The notes under the pieces are model-generated. The model was not told the origin of the DNA. It was given only the letters and a program-made list of their open reading frames with translations, and did not search any database. The position numbers and the translations under genes are program-made. From Macrostomum hystrix (lineage: Eukaryota; Animalia; Platyhelminthes), in NCBI GenBank assembly GCA_950097015.1, contig CATNEN010000025.1, positions 8,618,001 through 8,682,000 of the forward strand: a DNA stretch of 64,000 bases, written 5' to 3'. This document shows, one piece after another, positions 12,725 through 24,610 of the stretch; the first letter of the stretch is position 1; each line of letters begins with the position of its first letter.

Positions 12725-13594
12725 ATGGCAGATAAAAAGACGGACGCTGGCGCGGCTGCGGCAGCGAACAAGGCGGACGACAAGACGCGGACGGCGGACG
12801 ACAAGACGCGGACGGCGAACGACAAGACGCAACCTCCGCCCGCGCAGAAGAAAGACGAGCTGAAAGAAGACGAGAACGAAGACGAAGACGAAGAAGACGA
12901 GGACGAGGAAGAAGATGAGAAAAAGCCGGAGCCAGCCAAGCCAGCCGAGGACGATGAGGATGAGGACGAAGACGAGGACGAAGAAGAAGACGAAGATGAA
13001 GAAGAAGAGGAGAAGAAGCCGGCGGCTACTGCCACTGCCAAAGATGACGATGACGAAGAGGATGATGAAGACGAGGATGAGGACGAAGAGGAGCCGGCTA
13101 AGCCTGTGCCGGCTGCGGCTGAAGACGATGATGAAGATGAAGATGAAGACGAAGATGATGAAGAAGAGGAGAAAACGCCACCGAAGGTCCCAGCTAAGGT
13201 TGAGGATGAAGACGATGAAGAAGAAGAAGAAGAAGAAGAAGACGATGACGAAGAAGAGGAAGTGAAAGCCCCGCCAGTCCAACCAGATGACGAAGATGAC
13301 GAAGACGAGGATGAAGAAGAAGATGATGAAGATGGTGATGAAGAGGAGGAGAGCTCAGATGGTTTGGACGCGCTTGACAAGATGGCAGCGGACATGAAGA
13401 AGTGGCTGGCAGATTCCGGAGTTGAGCTGGACGTCGAGGAGACGGAGAGCATGCTGGCCGGCTCTATGGACGTGGACAAGTTCACCGAGGGCATGTCGGA
13501 TGAGGACAAGGCAATCGTGAATCAGGAGATCGAAGAGATGAAGTCCATGTCGCTGCAGCAGATCATGGACCGGCTTGTTTCCGGGGCGGCGTGA
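12725..13594 (+). CDS. Intronless highly acidic (Asp/Glu-rich) protein, 289 aa, unknown function
   Basis: ATG in good context (GGCATGG). The acidic tracts use mixed GAT/GAC/GAA/GAG codons rather than a perfect DNA repeat, are separated by Pro/Ala/Lys linkers, and are followed by a unique ~70-aa C-terminus. GC-rich relative to flanks. Confidence 0.75.
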   Translation: MADKKTDAGAAAAANKADDKTRTADDKTRTANDKTQPPPAQKKDELKEDENEDEDEEDEDEEEDEKKPEPAKPAEDDEDEDEDEDEEEDEDEEEEEKKPAATATAKDDDDEEDDEDEDEDEEEPAKPVPAAAEDDDEDEDEDEDDEEEEKTPPKVPAKVEDEDDEEEEEEEEDDDEEEEVKAPPVQPDDEDDEDEDEEEDDEDGDEEEESSDGLDALDKMAADMKKWLADSGVELDVEETESMLAGSMDVDKFTEGMSDEDKAIVNQEIEEMKSMSLQQIMDRLVSGAA

Positions 13595-14529
13595 TCCTCC
13601 GTGTAAACTTTTTATGTTTTTCGGACGTTTTTCTGAAGTATCCAATGCTAGACTTTTTGTCTAGCGCAGAATTCAATGTGTCTCAACTTTTTTCTCATTA
13701 CCGGCTTCTTCTATCTTGAGAATTACTTTCGACCGTGTCCGACGTTCGAAAACACTGCTGACCTACGTGTATACTATGGTAAATGGGCACGGATTGGGTT
13801 GTATGGGTTGACGCTAACGCATTTTTAATGGCTTCTATCGATGTTTGTTTATCTAGACTTGAACTTCTTAATGCCCGATGAGTTGCATAAATTTTCGGTA
13901 TGCCTGTCTGTTTCAACGAAATGTTTTTTATATGCCATGAAATGTATCCTGGATATCGTGCAGGAATATACTAAGTGCGCAGAGAACTAGACGACAGTGC
14001 TGTATTCAAAGATCTCCGATGCGGTACTACAGACTTTGTTTATTATCTTTTTAGATGAGGAATTAAACCTGCTATATTCGCCTATATTCGCGTACTCAGC
14101 GACTATTTCAAGCCAATCACTATAAGCTTGAATTACAGCGGCTGTTCACCAGCTGGTCCCCCAAATCTTATACAAGTCCCGGAAAAACGCTGGCAACTCT
14201 CACAGATCCGCATGGTTCTCGCAGCCCCATAACTACCTTCAAGGCTGGCGTTTACCTTAGATCCCTTCCCTGGGATCAAGCCGACGCGACCTGCAGGGAC
14301 TACACGTCGGGTGACACGCCAAATAAACGGGACTTCACATGCCATCAAACTTCAAACTTGTATTCTGAACCCGCTCATGAAGTACGCGGCAATTTGATCT
14401 AGTCGAGCATGACACGTCTAAATCAAGCAAAGCGAATTTTTATGCTGAGCTTCAAGCATAAGCTCAATATGAATTTAGATTCATATTGAATCTAACCTCT
14501 GGCCCCTTGTCCATTGCAACATCTACTCT

Positions 14530-15365
14530 AACCTGTCTCATCTGTCAAATATATTATCCGCTATCACATCCTTCCGCTCTGTCGTCTCCCCGCTATATCA
14601 TCTCTCCGCTGTCTCATCTCTCCTCTGTATCATCTCTCCGCTGTCTCATCTCTCCTCTGTATCATCTCTCCGCTGTTTCATTTCTCCCCCTGTCTAATAT
14701 CTCGCTTGTCTTATTTCTCTACTTATCTCTCATCTCTCCGCTGTCTCATCTCTCCGCTGTCTCATCTCTCCGCTGTCTCATCTCTCCGCTGTCTCATCTC
14801 TCCGCTGTCTAATCTCTCCGCTGTCTCATCTCTCCGCTGTCTCATCTCTCCGCTGTCTCATCTCTCCGCTGTCTCATCTCTCCGCTGTCTCATCTCTCCG
14901 CTGTCTCATCTCTCCGCTGTCTCATCTCTCCGCTGTCTCATCTCTCCTCTGTATCATCTCTCCGCTGTCTCATACTCCTCTGTATCATCTCTCCGCTGTC
15001 TCATCTCTCCTCTGTATCATCTCTCCGCTGTCTCATCTCTCCTCTGTATCATCTCTCCGCTGTCTCATCTCTCCGCTGTTTCATTTCTCCCCCTGTCTAA
15101 TATCTCGCTTGTCTTATTTCTCTACTTATCTCTCATCTCTCCGCTGTCTCATCTCTCCGCTGTCTCATCTCTCCGCTATTTTATCTCTTCGCTGTCTCAT
15201 CTCTCCGCTATATCATCTCTCCGCTGTCTCATCTCTCCGCTGTCTCATCTCTCCCCGTGTCTCATATCTCGCTTGTCTTATTTCTCTACTTATCTCTCAT
15301 ATCTCCGCTTTCTTATCTCTCAGCTGTCTCACCTCTAATGTGTCTCATCTGTCCTCTATCTCATA
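14530..15365. repeat. CT-rich 16-bp minisatellite CTGTCTCATCTCTCCG
   Basis: Read directly, with recurring variant blocks (TTTCATTTCTCCCCCTGTCTAATATCTCGCTTG). Confidence 0.95.
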
Positions 15366-15399
15366 TCTCCAGTAAAGTACTTATAACGGAATCAAAATT

Positions 15400-16975
15400 T
15401 CATATTCTATGCGGCCAGCTTTCGTCTTTTGTGTGGGCCTCAGGGCAGTGGCTTTTTATTTAGCTTTAATTATGCTTTCAATGAAGTCCACAAAACTTTC
15501 TGTTAACTCTGTGCTTTCCTGTGTCATTAAATACACAATTTCGTCATCAGCTGTTAAGCTTTCGAAATTTCGAACAGTACCTGCCACTTTCTCTATGAAT
15601 TTATTTCTAATTGGAACATAAACGGACCAATCGCATCTAAAGAGAATATGAGTTTCGTTCCCTACCTCGACTCTACATTTTGGACATGTTCTGTTTTCAT
15701 AGGCGATTTTCGGTCTTACAGTGCGCAATGTCTCACAGGCCAGTTTGTGGTTTCCTAGACGAAATCGGGACATTGTGCGCCTTTGTTGTGGGTTAGAGAT
15801 TATTGTTAGGTACTTTTCTCGGGAGAAATCTTTCTTAAACGTGTAATGGAAGTGGCTGAGCTTGGCTGATTTTCCCATCCTCTGAGTCCAGTGCCTTCGA
15901 AACTCTGACTCAAAGTTCTCTCTGTGCGTTTTGATGGACTTTGTTTTTCTAGTCTGTTGACAATTCCGCATTACTTCACTATTCATTTTTTCCCCAATGC
16001 CAACATCACTGTATTCTGTATCTGCCACCAATTTCGCGATGATGGAGTCTGGTCGGCTCCGAACTGAGGACCAGTATTGAAGGCTTCTTTTTTGAATACT
16101 ATATAATAGTGGTAGTCTTCCTAATTCGGACCGAGCACCATTGCTGTCAGTGTTTGGACTAACTTGCAGAATCGACTTGCAGATTCTAGAATTAATTCTC
16201 TCTATAAGGTTCCGATCTCGAGTACCCAGTTTCCAGGAGACAAAAGCTCCCCAGGTCTCTGATGCATAGAGAACTATGCTTTCAATCATAGTTGTGCTAA
16301 ACAAGATGAGCTGTTTGTGTTTTACTCTCTGAAATCCCGCCAACTTTCTCAGAAGCATTATTGGATATCCACTTTTTTTACCTAGTTCTATGGCATGAGT
16401 ATCTATTGTTCCCTTCACGTTCATGTGAAACCCAAGATATTTCCACTGCTGTACGGGTTCAACCAGTTGACCATGTAAAGACAGTCTATGTGTTGCCCTT
16501 GAGTGGAGATTGCAGCTCAGAAGCTTTGTCTTCTCAGTGTTTATTTCTAATTTATGAGTATTGCAAATTCTGCTACTTTGTCGAGGCCTTTTTGTAATTC
16601 TGTCAGGTCTTCACCAAAAATGGCTACATCGTCACAATAAAGCAGGTTGTTTACTTCTTCATTCAAAATGGAGGTATGGCTTTGAAATGAGTTTTTTAGA
16701 ATTGTGCTTAGCGGGTCGATGTATAGGGTGAATAGCAGTGGAGATAGGGGGCATCCTTGCCTGACGCCATTAGTGATTCGACACGCCTCAGTAGCTGTGC
16801 TTTCTGACACCTTGAGGTGAAATTTCGCGCTTGAGTACATATTCTCTATGGTTCTTATTATTGCTGGGTTCACGCCCAACTGCTTTAATCGTGGGACTAG
16901 GGTTGGGTGGTGAACCATGTCAAAGGCGTTTTTTAAATCAAAGAAAACTAAATGGAAAGGTCTTTTCTTTTTCTT
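15400..16975 (-). mobile_element. 5'-truncated non-LTR retrotransposon (LINE ORF2: RT, thumb, C-terminal CCHC), one frameshift near 16560
   Basis: RT motifs VFFDLKNAFDMV, GVRQGCPLSPLLF, LLYCDD, then after a frameshift LEINTEKTK, QWKYLG, VLYASETW, RSELGRLPL and zinc knuckle CPKC...ETHILFRC. Clade not assigned. Confidence 0.9.
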
Positions 16976-18421
16976 CTTTTATACATATACTATGCATATA
17001 CTTCATATACTATGCATAATATACTATGTATATAGTATATGTGGGAAACACTACATCTTTCGATTCACACATACAAATTTTCTCGCTCTATTTGGCAAAT
17101 GTGCTAGCAAAGTTGAAACATTTTCGTTCATTTCGAACAGTTTATAGAAGCGCCCAGTCTGAAGTGCAGTCAGTTCCGACAAACAAGCATTCGAAAATGA
17201 CACTGCAAACGAAACAAAATCCCTCTTGAAAAAAACGAAAACTTGCATTCAATTCAAAAAGTTCTTCTAGTTGTCCTTGTTCTCAAATCGCCAAGCTTAC
17301 TTTGAAAAAATATAAATTAGGAATATAAATAAGCAGCATGAAACTGAATGCATTTTGTTTCTATCTGACAAATTAATGGAGTAAGTGTATCAAAAAGCCT
17401 GCTTCATTTGCTGTTTTTGTTTAAATCGCGAGCAACAGTTTTAAATCTGGATTGAAACCTGTCGGGACTTTTACGAAACACTTTTCCGAATTCAACCAAA
17501 TAAACATAAAATAAAATTGACGAAACAGGCTGCTTCCCTGAGCCATCCTACCAACGTTGTACCTATCTCGGGAAAGCTACATACATCCAAGTTATCCAAC
17601 TCAGCCAGCTCTTCCGAGTGCATAACAATGGCCTCCCCAGTCACGCACCAGCCTCGCTAGCACTCTGAATCGGCTCTGAGTGCCATTTTTGCATTCACAA
17701 ACATTAAAATTAAAGTAGGGCTAATCTGAACTTAAAAAGTGCTAGACGACCGATAAAATGAATTCTTTACACTCCACATGAATCAATTCGGAAGCTGTCT
17801 TGACCTAATAATCCCTGCTAATGATTTAGAACAGCTTTTCTTGTTCAAGTGTGTCATATCTTAACTTATCTGGTGTTTACTTTGTTCTAAATGGATAGCT
17901 ATTGCCAATGGAGCATTTTCCAGTTTTGTGTTGTATACTAGTTTAGGCCTCTATGACTATGCTATGATATGATTTATTGCTCATGGTCACTTAAAAATAC
18001 AAATTACAGTATAGGCCTATAGGTGACTGGGTGGTCAGGGACTCAAGGCCAAAAACTTGGTCAGCTAGGTGCCAGGCATGACCTAAACTAGGCCTATTTA
18101 TATTCTCTATGACTATTGCCTCTTTCTACCTCTTTGAATGGCTACATAAGGGCCTAGTTTTATTGTAATTCTTTAGACTAAATAGATAGAACATAAGTTC
18201 ACAACTTCAAAAGTAAGATACTAAAATAAAGAGTACATTGTTAGTTGTAGGCCTAATGTTCTTTCATACCAATCAGATAAAAGGTCTTTGGCAAAGCTTT
18301 CTATAATAATAATTTCTATAATAAGCTATCATAGGCCTAATGCTAACTAAGCTAATGGCCTTGAGAAAATGATAGGCCAAGTTTAGTTTTTTGTGTAGCA
18401 TAGTTTTTTGTCAGTTTTTTA

Positions 18422-18751
18422 GCTTAGAAACTTTGTCTAACTAAGACACTTATTCTGACAGTTAATGTGTTATACATTACCTGTCGTAATATTCAGACAG
18501 TTATTCTGACTTGAAAGTCAGTTAGTTTAAATACATGCTCAGATAGTTATTCCAACTTGAAATTACATGCATACATCTAATGAGCTCTCAGACAGTTATT
18601 CCAACAGTTAATTTTGAGTTGGAATAACTGTCTGAGAGTTCATTAGATATATGCATGTAGGATGTCGGAATATTCTGACAGGTAATGTATAACACAAGTT
18701 AACTCTTGGAATAAGTGTCGGAATATTCTTAGTTTGACAAAGTTTCTAAGC
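18422..18751. mobile_element. ~330-bp imperfect palindrome (hairpin MITE or foldback)
   Basis: GCTTAGAAACTTTGTCTAACTAAG (18422) versus CTTAGTTTGACAAAGTTTCTAAGC (ending 18751). Inner arms 18563-18604 and 18618-18659 also pair around a loop of about 13 nt. Confidence 0.8.
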
Positions 18752-19364
18752 AGTTGTTTATATAATATTGATAATATACACTAGGCCTATATTTAAATAT
18801 TGTATAGTGGCACTCATACTGGGTTTCAACATACTAACAGTATGTTGTAGCAATATGTAGTAGCAATAATGTATGTTAGTGTGCACCCCTACCCTAAAAG
18901 CAAGAAGCCAAATGACAAAGGCTTATAGCAAAGCAAGCATGGGGAGGCTGCATAAACCCCTCAAAGATATATACAATCTATTTGTATTTAAGAGGCATAA
19001 AACTGGTAGAATATAAAATGTAAGTAAAACAAAAAACTCAATATAGTACACTGACAGAGGCCTCACATTAGCCTACCCTAGCACATACATGCGCAACCTC
19101 CCAAATCTTAGCCGGCTGTGTGACTTAGTTTTTGCTCTCATTTGCGACTTAGTTCGTTTCATTGCTCTATTTACGACTTAGTTTGCTCTCATTTGCTCTC
19201 TTTTTCTGTCCCCTTTTTCCTTTTCTTCACGCTTTCCTTATTTTGTCCCTTGGTCCCCCCTTTGTTTTTTTTGCGCTTGGTTGATTGGTTTTTGCGACTT
19301 ACCTTGCTTGGCCCTCATTTCACCCGGCCGGGTCAGCTAGGTGTTGCGCATGTATGCCTTAGCA

Positions 19365-19671
19365 CAGGGGTCGGCAAACTCTGGCCCACAGGCCAGATGT
19401 GGCCCTCGAAGCTCCTAAATCCAGCCCATTGCCCCTTCTAACATCTACAGTGTCCTGTTTCATATCTCCCGTGTCTAATCTCTCCTCTGTCTAATCTCTG
19501 CCGTGTCTCATTGCTCTCGTGTCTCATCTCTCCTGTGTCTAATCTCTCCCCTGTCTTATCTCTCCCGTGTCTAATCTCTCCCCTATCTCATATTTATACA
19601 TACAATGCGGCCCGCTGTTGTCTTTTAGGTTCTCTCTTTGGCCCGCCAGCAAATAAGTTTGCCTACCCCTG
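19365..19671. mobile_element. Non-autonomous hAT (Charlie-like) element
   Basis: TIRs CAGGGGTCGGCAAAC and GTTTGCCTACCCCTG; 8-bp TSD CCTTAGCA / CCCTAGCA (7/8 match); GGCCC subterminal motifs. Confidence 0.85.
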
Positions 19672-20937
19672 CCCTAGCACCTCAAATAACCAACTTAAAT
19701 AAACAGGCCCACCACCCAAAAGCAGGGAGGGGTAAGACAAGACCAGGTGCAGGGTGTGCATAAATGTTGGTTAGCTAGCAATGACTAGGTCATTGGTCAT
19801 GTATCCAATTCCAGCTTTTTATTTTGGATAGGGCTAAATATTTAGGTAGTCCATGGTCAGGAAAGTGCAGCATGTGCACTGAAACAAAACATATCTGGAT
19901 TGTTTTGGCTGTGTGCCATGTTCCATATGACAAAGCACCAAAGAAAATATGAGTGCCAAAATAGCACCTATGTGCAAAAATTACTTGTGTTCATAAGTTT
20001 AATTTTAGCTGTATGCTTTCTACATATTCAGTTTTGAAGCAAGAAAAAATGATAAATTGCACTTTTGTAAAAAAACATCCTTATTTTAATTGTATGTACA
20101 AAATTTTAATAATGTTTTTTTGCAACAATCCTTTTTTCTTATAGTATATTTTGTGTTAGAGGTATATGTGCAGAATAGTGCAAGTTTCCAACCAAAATAT
20201 TTAGTATCTTGAAAAAGTCAGAAATTTTCAAGAAATTTGACAGAAATTTGAGATGAACCATGTATGCCATATTGTCCCATATAGCTGGTAAAATGTTATT
20301 GTGTGCCAAGTGAGCACTGTGTTTGCAAAAAATATTTGTGTATTGAAATATTAGGTAAAATTGACCACTTAACTGACTGGCAGGCAGCTTAGAAAGCAGA
20401 TGGCTTTTTTAGAAGTATCAAAATTTTAGGTGATCAAAATCACAAATTTTTTTGCCTCTTAGCCCTTGCAGATCCATCCAAATGCTATCAAGATAAAAAT
20501 GCTATGTCACAATTGTTGTATGTGAGGCAGCGTGGCCAACTGAAGAACAGAGCACTGGGTTAGAGGGTTGGAACACACGCGAGCCCTCCAAAGGCCTGTG
20601 CGCACTAATATATATTTTAGCCAGTCAGAGTAAACAACAACCCCCCGTCCCGGCCTAGACCGGTTCGGATGGACCGACCCCCCCAGCCAATCAAAACGCG
20701 CCACGCGCACTCTAAGGCGGCATGCAAACCGCATACACAACAACAATGTGTACTTCAGAGCTGGGGTGCAAACAAGGGGAAAGGCCCCACCACTAGCAGA
20801 ACCCGGGATGCTTAAAATAGCTTGTAAACCATCAAGAAAGTGCCTTTAGTGTTAGTAGTGGCATAAAGACTTTAGTGGACTTGCCCAATGAGCTTGCCAA
20901 CAGCAGGTTACCCATTCACAGCCTGATTTTCTTGCAG

Positions 20938-22582
20938 GCTCCGCCTAAGCGTGAGGCAAAGCAAGCAGCTCTTGGCCGTCTTGGTGTCTCAGTCTCAGCT
21001 GGTGGCACCGGAGCCATTGGCAAAGCAAACAGCAGTCATGCCTCGAAGCGCTCATTGGCATCAGCAGTGTCATCGGCAACAGATCAGAACAAGCGCCGAT
21101 TGTCCAGTCGGAAGGCTGCAGCTGAAGCCATTGCCGCCCTGGCCCCAGCATCAGTAGGTCAAAAGCGCAACAGACAGTCAGCGCCCCCGGCAGCGACAAC
21201 CAACGCTGCTGCAGCCTCAGGCACCGTCATCGACGTTCAAACGAAGAGAATCGGTGTGTTTAAAATTTTTCCCAACATCCCCACTTGAAAATTTATATAG
21301 AATTCTTAGCTTCAGGATGGGAAACATAGGGGATTCCAAACATTCAGGACAGGGGTGGTAGAGGATTCTTAGATTTATGATACGGAAGGTAGGAGATTCC
21401 CAGCTTCAGAATAAGAGAAAGGTAGGGGATTCCCAGCTTTAGGATGGGGAAGGTAGGAGATTCACAGCTTCAGAATAAGGGAAAGGTAGGAGATTCCCAG
21501 CTTTAGGATGGGGAAGTTAGGGGATTCCCAGATTCAGGATGGGGAAGGTAGGGGATTCCCAGCTTTAGGATGGGGAAGGTAGGGGATTCCCAGCTTTAGG
21601 ATGGGGAAGGTAGGAGATTCCCAGCTTTAGGATGGGGAAGGTAGGGGATTCCCAGCTTTAGGATGGGGAAGGTAGGGGATTCCCAGATTCAGGATGGGGA
21701 AGGTAGGGGATTCCCAGCTTTAGGATGGGGAAGGTAGGAGATTCCCAGCTTCAGAATAAGTGAAAGGTAGGATATTCCCAGCTTTAGGATGGGGAAGGTA
21801 GGGGATTCCCAGATTCAGGATGGGGAAGGTAGGGGATTCCCAGCTTAAGAATAAGGGAAAGTTTGGGGGATTCCAGCTTCAGGATGGGGAAGGTAGGGGG
21901 TTCACAGCTTCAGAATAAGGGAGAGGTGGGGGTTCCCAGCTTCAGGATGGGGAAGTTAGGGGATTCCCAGATTCGGGATGTGAGTCCACAGGACTGTTGT
22001 GACTTATTACTGATCAATGTATGAATTGCTTTCGCAGCTTCGAAAAAGGAGCAGCAGCAGCAGCAGACACAAGCTCTGAAGAAGCAGAAGAAATCTGAGC
22101 CGGCGGTCACCCCGAAGCGCCAGCCGCCGTCTCCAGTTGAGAAACAGCGCAGCCGCAGTCGGCAGAAAAAAACGCCCTCTGCAGAGCCGTTGGACCCATT
22201 CGACATCAGCGGTCTGGACGGCGACTTGGCGGCGAAGTCGGCCAGACGACAGAAGCAGAAGCCGACCATGGCAGCAGCGTCGGCTCCGTCAACTGCAGCC
22301 AGCGGTAGCCACGGAGGCAGCTCGCGTCAGCTGCTGCTGTGCCACCGGCACGCCTACCAGTTCTTCACTCCGTCGCGGCCGCGGCAGCACATTGGCGGCT
22401 CTCAACTTCGCCAAAAGAGCAAAGCCAAGGATAGCCGATCTTCAACTACTGGCAGCGGCGGAGATGTCGCCAATAACGACGACGTGGACTTGGATGCCGA
22501 AGTGGATGTTGAAGCGAATGCGGATGCATCGCCAAGGTTTGATCGTCGACAGCGGTCGACGGCGGCTGCTGCGACTTCTTAG
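20938..22582 (+). CDS. Last two exons (20938-21253, 22038-22582) of a basic low-complexity protein, unknown function
   Basis: Acceptor TTTTCTTGCAG|GCT; donor ATCG|GTGTGT and acceptor TTTCGCAG|CT join in phase 1 into the 22190-22582 frame. The upstream exons and start codon were not found. Confidence 0.6.
21310..21980. repeat. 31-bp G-rich minisatellite GGGGATTCCCAGCTTTAGGATGGGGAAGGTA, intronic
   Basis: About 20 copies filling most of intron 21254-22037. Confidence 0.95.
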
Positions 22583-23396
22583 AACATGTTGAACAAGTTT
22601 TCTAGATTTTGTTTCGGACATTTTTTTGTAAAAAAAATGAAATAATTTGTCTCTGCTGGTGCTTTAGACTTGTCTGTGCTGTCAAATTCCACATTTTCGT
22701 ATTCAGCCGAACCTAGAAGGCTTGCTCATTTGAAAATAGCTGTTCGATCATCGGGCTTTTGTAACCACGAGACTGGAGTTAGGAAACACTGTACCACATA
22801 CTTCATGCCATGCTTTTTACACATATTCCTGTTCCGTTTTTCATGGATCTACTTTGTGTACTTTTTAGTCTCAACTAGCGCGACTGAATATTGCGAGTAA
22901 ATTCGGCGATTTGTAAATAATCTGCATTTTTCTCTAGTTTTAACGCTTTGTCAACGATCTTTTTTAAAACAAACGATTTTAGAAAAATACATAAAATAAT
23001 GGTGTTAAATTTTTGCGACAAACGATTTGACTTCTGCCTGTCCTGTGAAGCATTATTATTCTCGTAGCTAAATTCCTTGATCAAGGCAATTCAAAAAGGC
23101 GACGAATTATCATTGTTTCTCTTTTAGCTATTTCGTTTGATCTTATAGTGACAGCAGCAGGAGGTGCTAGACTCGAACCCGCAGCGTACGTACAATATAT
23201 AATAGGACATTTTGATATTTATTTTCAATTAATTTACCCATGCAGCTTTAGAGAATTCAGTCTAGAAAAAAGTTGCGTTATTACTAAGAAAAAACAATTG
23301 TATACTTTTCCGAAATATATCGTAGCTATTAAGTTTAGAGTTGAGTTCTTCTTGGGAAACACGCATCATATACTACTTAGCCGAGCTCAGTAGCAT

Positions 23397-24071
23397 CTAG
23401 TAGTATTCCGCTTCGGCGTCGTCGTTGTTCTCGTTCAGTGAGCGCGGCACAATGGCTGGCACAGGCGTCTTGGTTGGCGCGGCAGTCGGCACCGCGAATC
23501 GCCCGACCAGGAAGCGGCTCATCCGGTTGCTCCAGCGAATGAGGCCGCGACGCTGCCGCTCGGTCACGCCGCTACAGCCCACGGTGGTGCTGTTCAGGCC
23601 AGATAGCAGGCGAGCCAGACCTCGCAGTCGGCGAACGATGCGGCGGCCAAAGCCGCGGCGTCTGCGGCCAGCCCGACCCCTCCGGCCTTCGATTTCAAAT
23701 GGACGCGACCGCCTCGAGCCGAAACGGCGCAGTAGGCGGCGGATGCGGAATCGGCGCCTCTCGCGGCGCCTACCCCGGCGCCAACCCGAGTCGGAGTCAG
23801 AGTCGAGCCACTGCTTGGCCTCCGGGTCCGCAGATTCCTGAAAACAATGTGTCCATGCAGTGTCATTTTTTATCATTAACTCAGTTTACTTGTGAGTACA
23901 TGCATAAGCTAGCTGTGGGCGCACCTCGTTCTCGTTGAGTTCGGCCAGGTCGCTAGCAAGGCTGTTGTCCAAGAAGTCGCTTTCATCCGTAGCGGAGGAA
24001 GTGTCAGCGACGGCGGTGGCCACAGCCAAGAAGCCGAACAGCAGTAGACCAGTTAGTAGGGCCGGTCGCAT
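23397..24071 (-). CDS. Secreted Arg-rich precursor, 195 aa (exons 24071-23925 and 23837-23397)
   Basis: Signal peptide MRPALLTGLLLFGFLAVATAVA, acidic pro-region, then an Arg-rich domain. An 87-bp phase-0 intron (GAG|GTGCGC...TTTTCAG|GAA) joins two separate ORFs of the track in frame. Confidence 0.8.
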
Positions 24072-24610
24072 TTTTTGTGTACTCGCTGGACAGTTTAGAA
24101 CTTTGCTGCCTCAGATTTCTTCCAGAGTTAACTTGGCAAAATGATTCGATTGGCGTCCTTAAATACTGAAGTTTCGGAGGCTTACCCCTGGCCAGCACTT
24201 TGAGCAGGTGCCAAGGCGAATCCGGGCTTTTTGACCAGTAAAAATACGGATCTGTGTGGAAAACCAGTGCGCAGTCGCACATTGTCCATTGTTCTATAAA
24301 TAGATAATCTACAGGGACAATAGGAGGCTACTAGGGCGAGGTGAAACTGCTCAAATCCTGGAATTGGTGCTCGCACAAAACTTGGATGCTTCAATTCGCA
24401 ACTATCCGCTGCAGTAAATCCTGGCTATCTCAAGTTGAGCTTGAGTCATGATGTCCTACATTAGTAGTAGCTTAGATTACTAGTATTTTGTCTATCTCGC
24501 ATTACGCTTTCTGCAACAGTTATTGCAATTGAATGAAAATATTTTAAGTACCTATTTCATTTGGTACTTTAAAGAGAATTTTGAATTTTTTCTAAGCGCA
24601 TTTTGTACAA

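Noticed and set aside
12583-13509. 308-aa poly-Ser antisense ORF
   Set aside because: Shadow of the GAN-rich acidic gene on the plus strand.
14139-14310. Possible exon with a C-type-lectin-like phrase (YLRSLPWDQADATCR)
   Set aside because: Only one short motif, with no partner exons or further lectin cysteines found.
16360-16560. Apparent foreign insert splitting the LINE ORF2
   Set aside because: Translating it in the downstream frame gives LEINTEKTK...QWKYLG, normal RT sequence; it is only a single frameshift.
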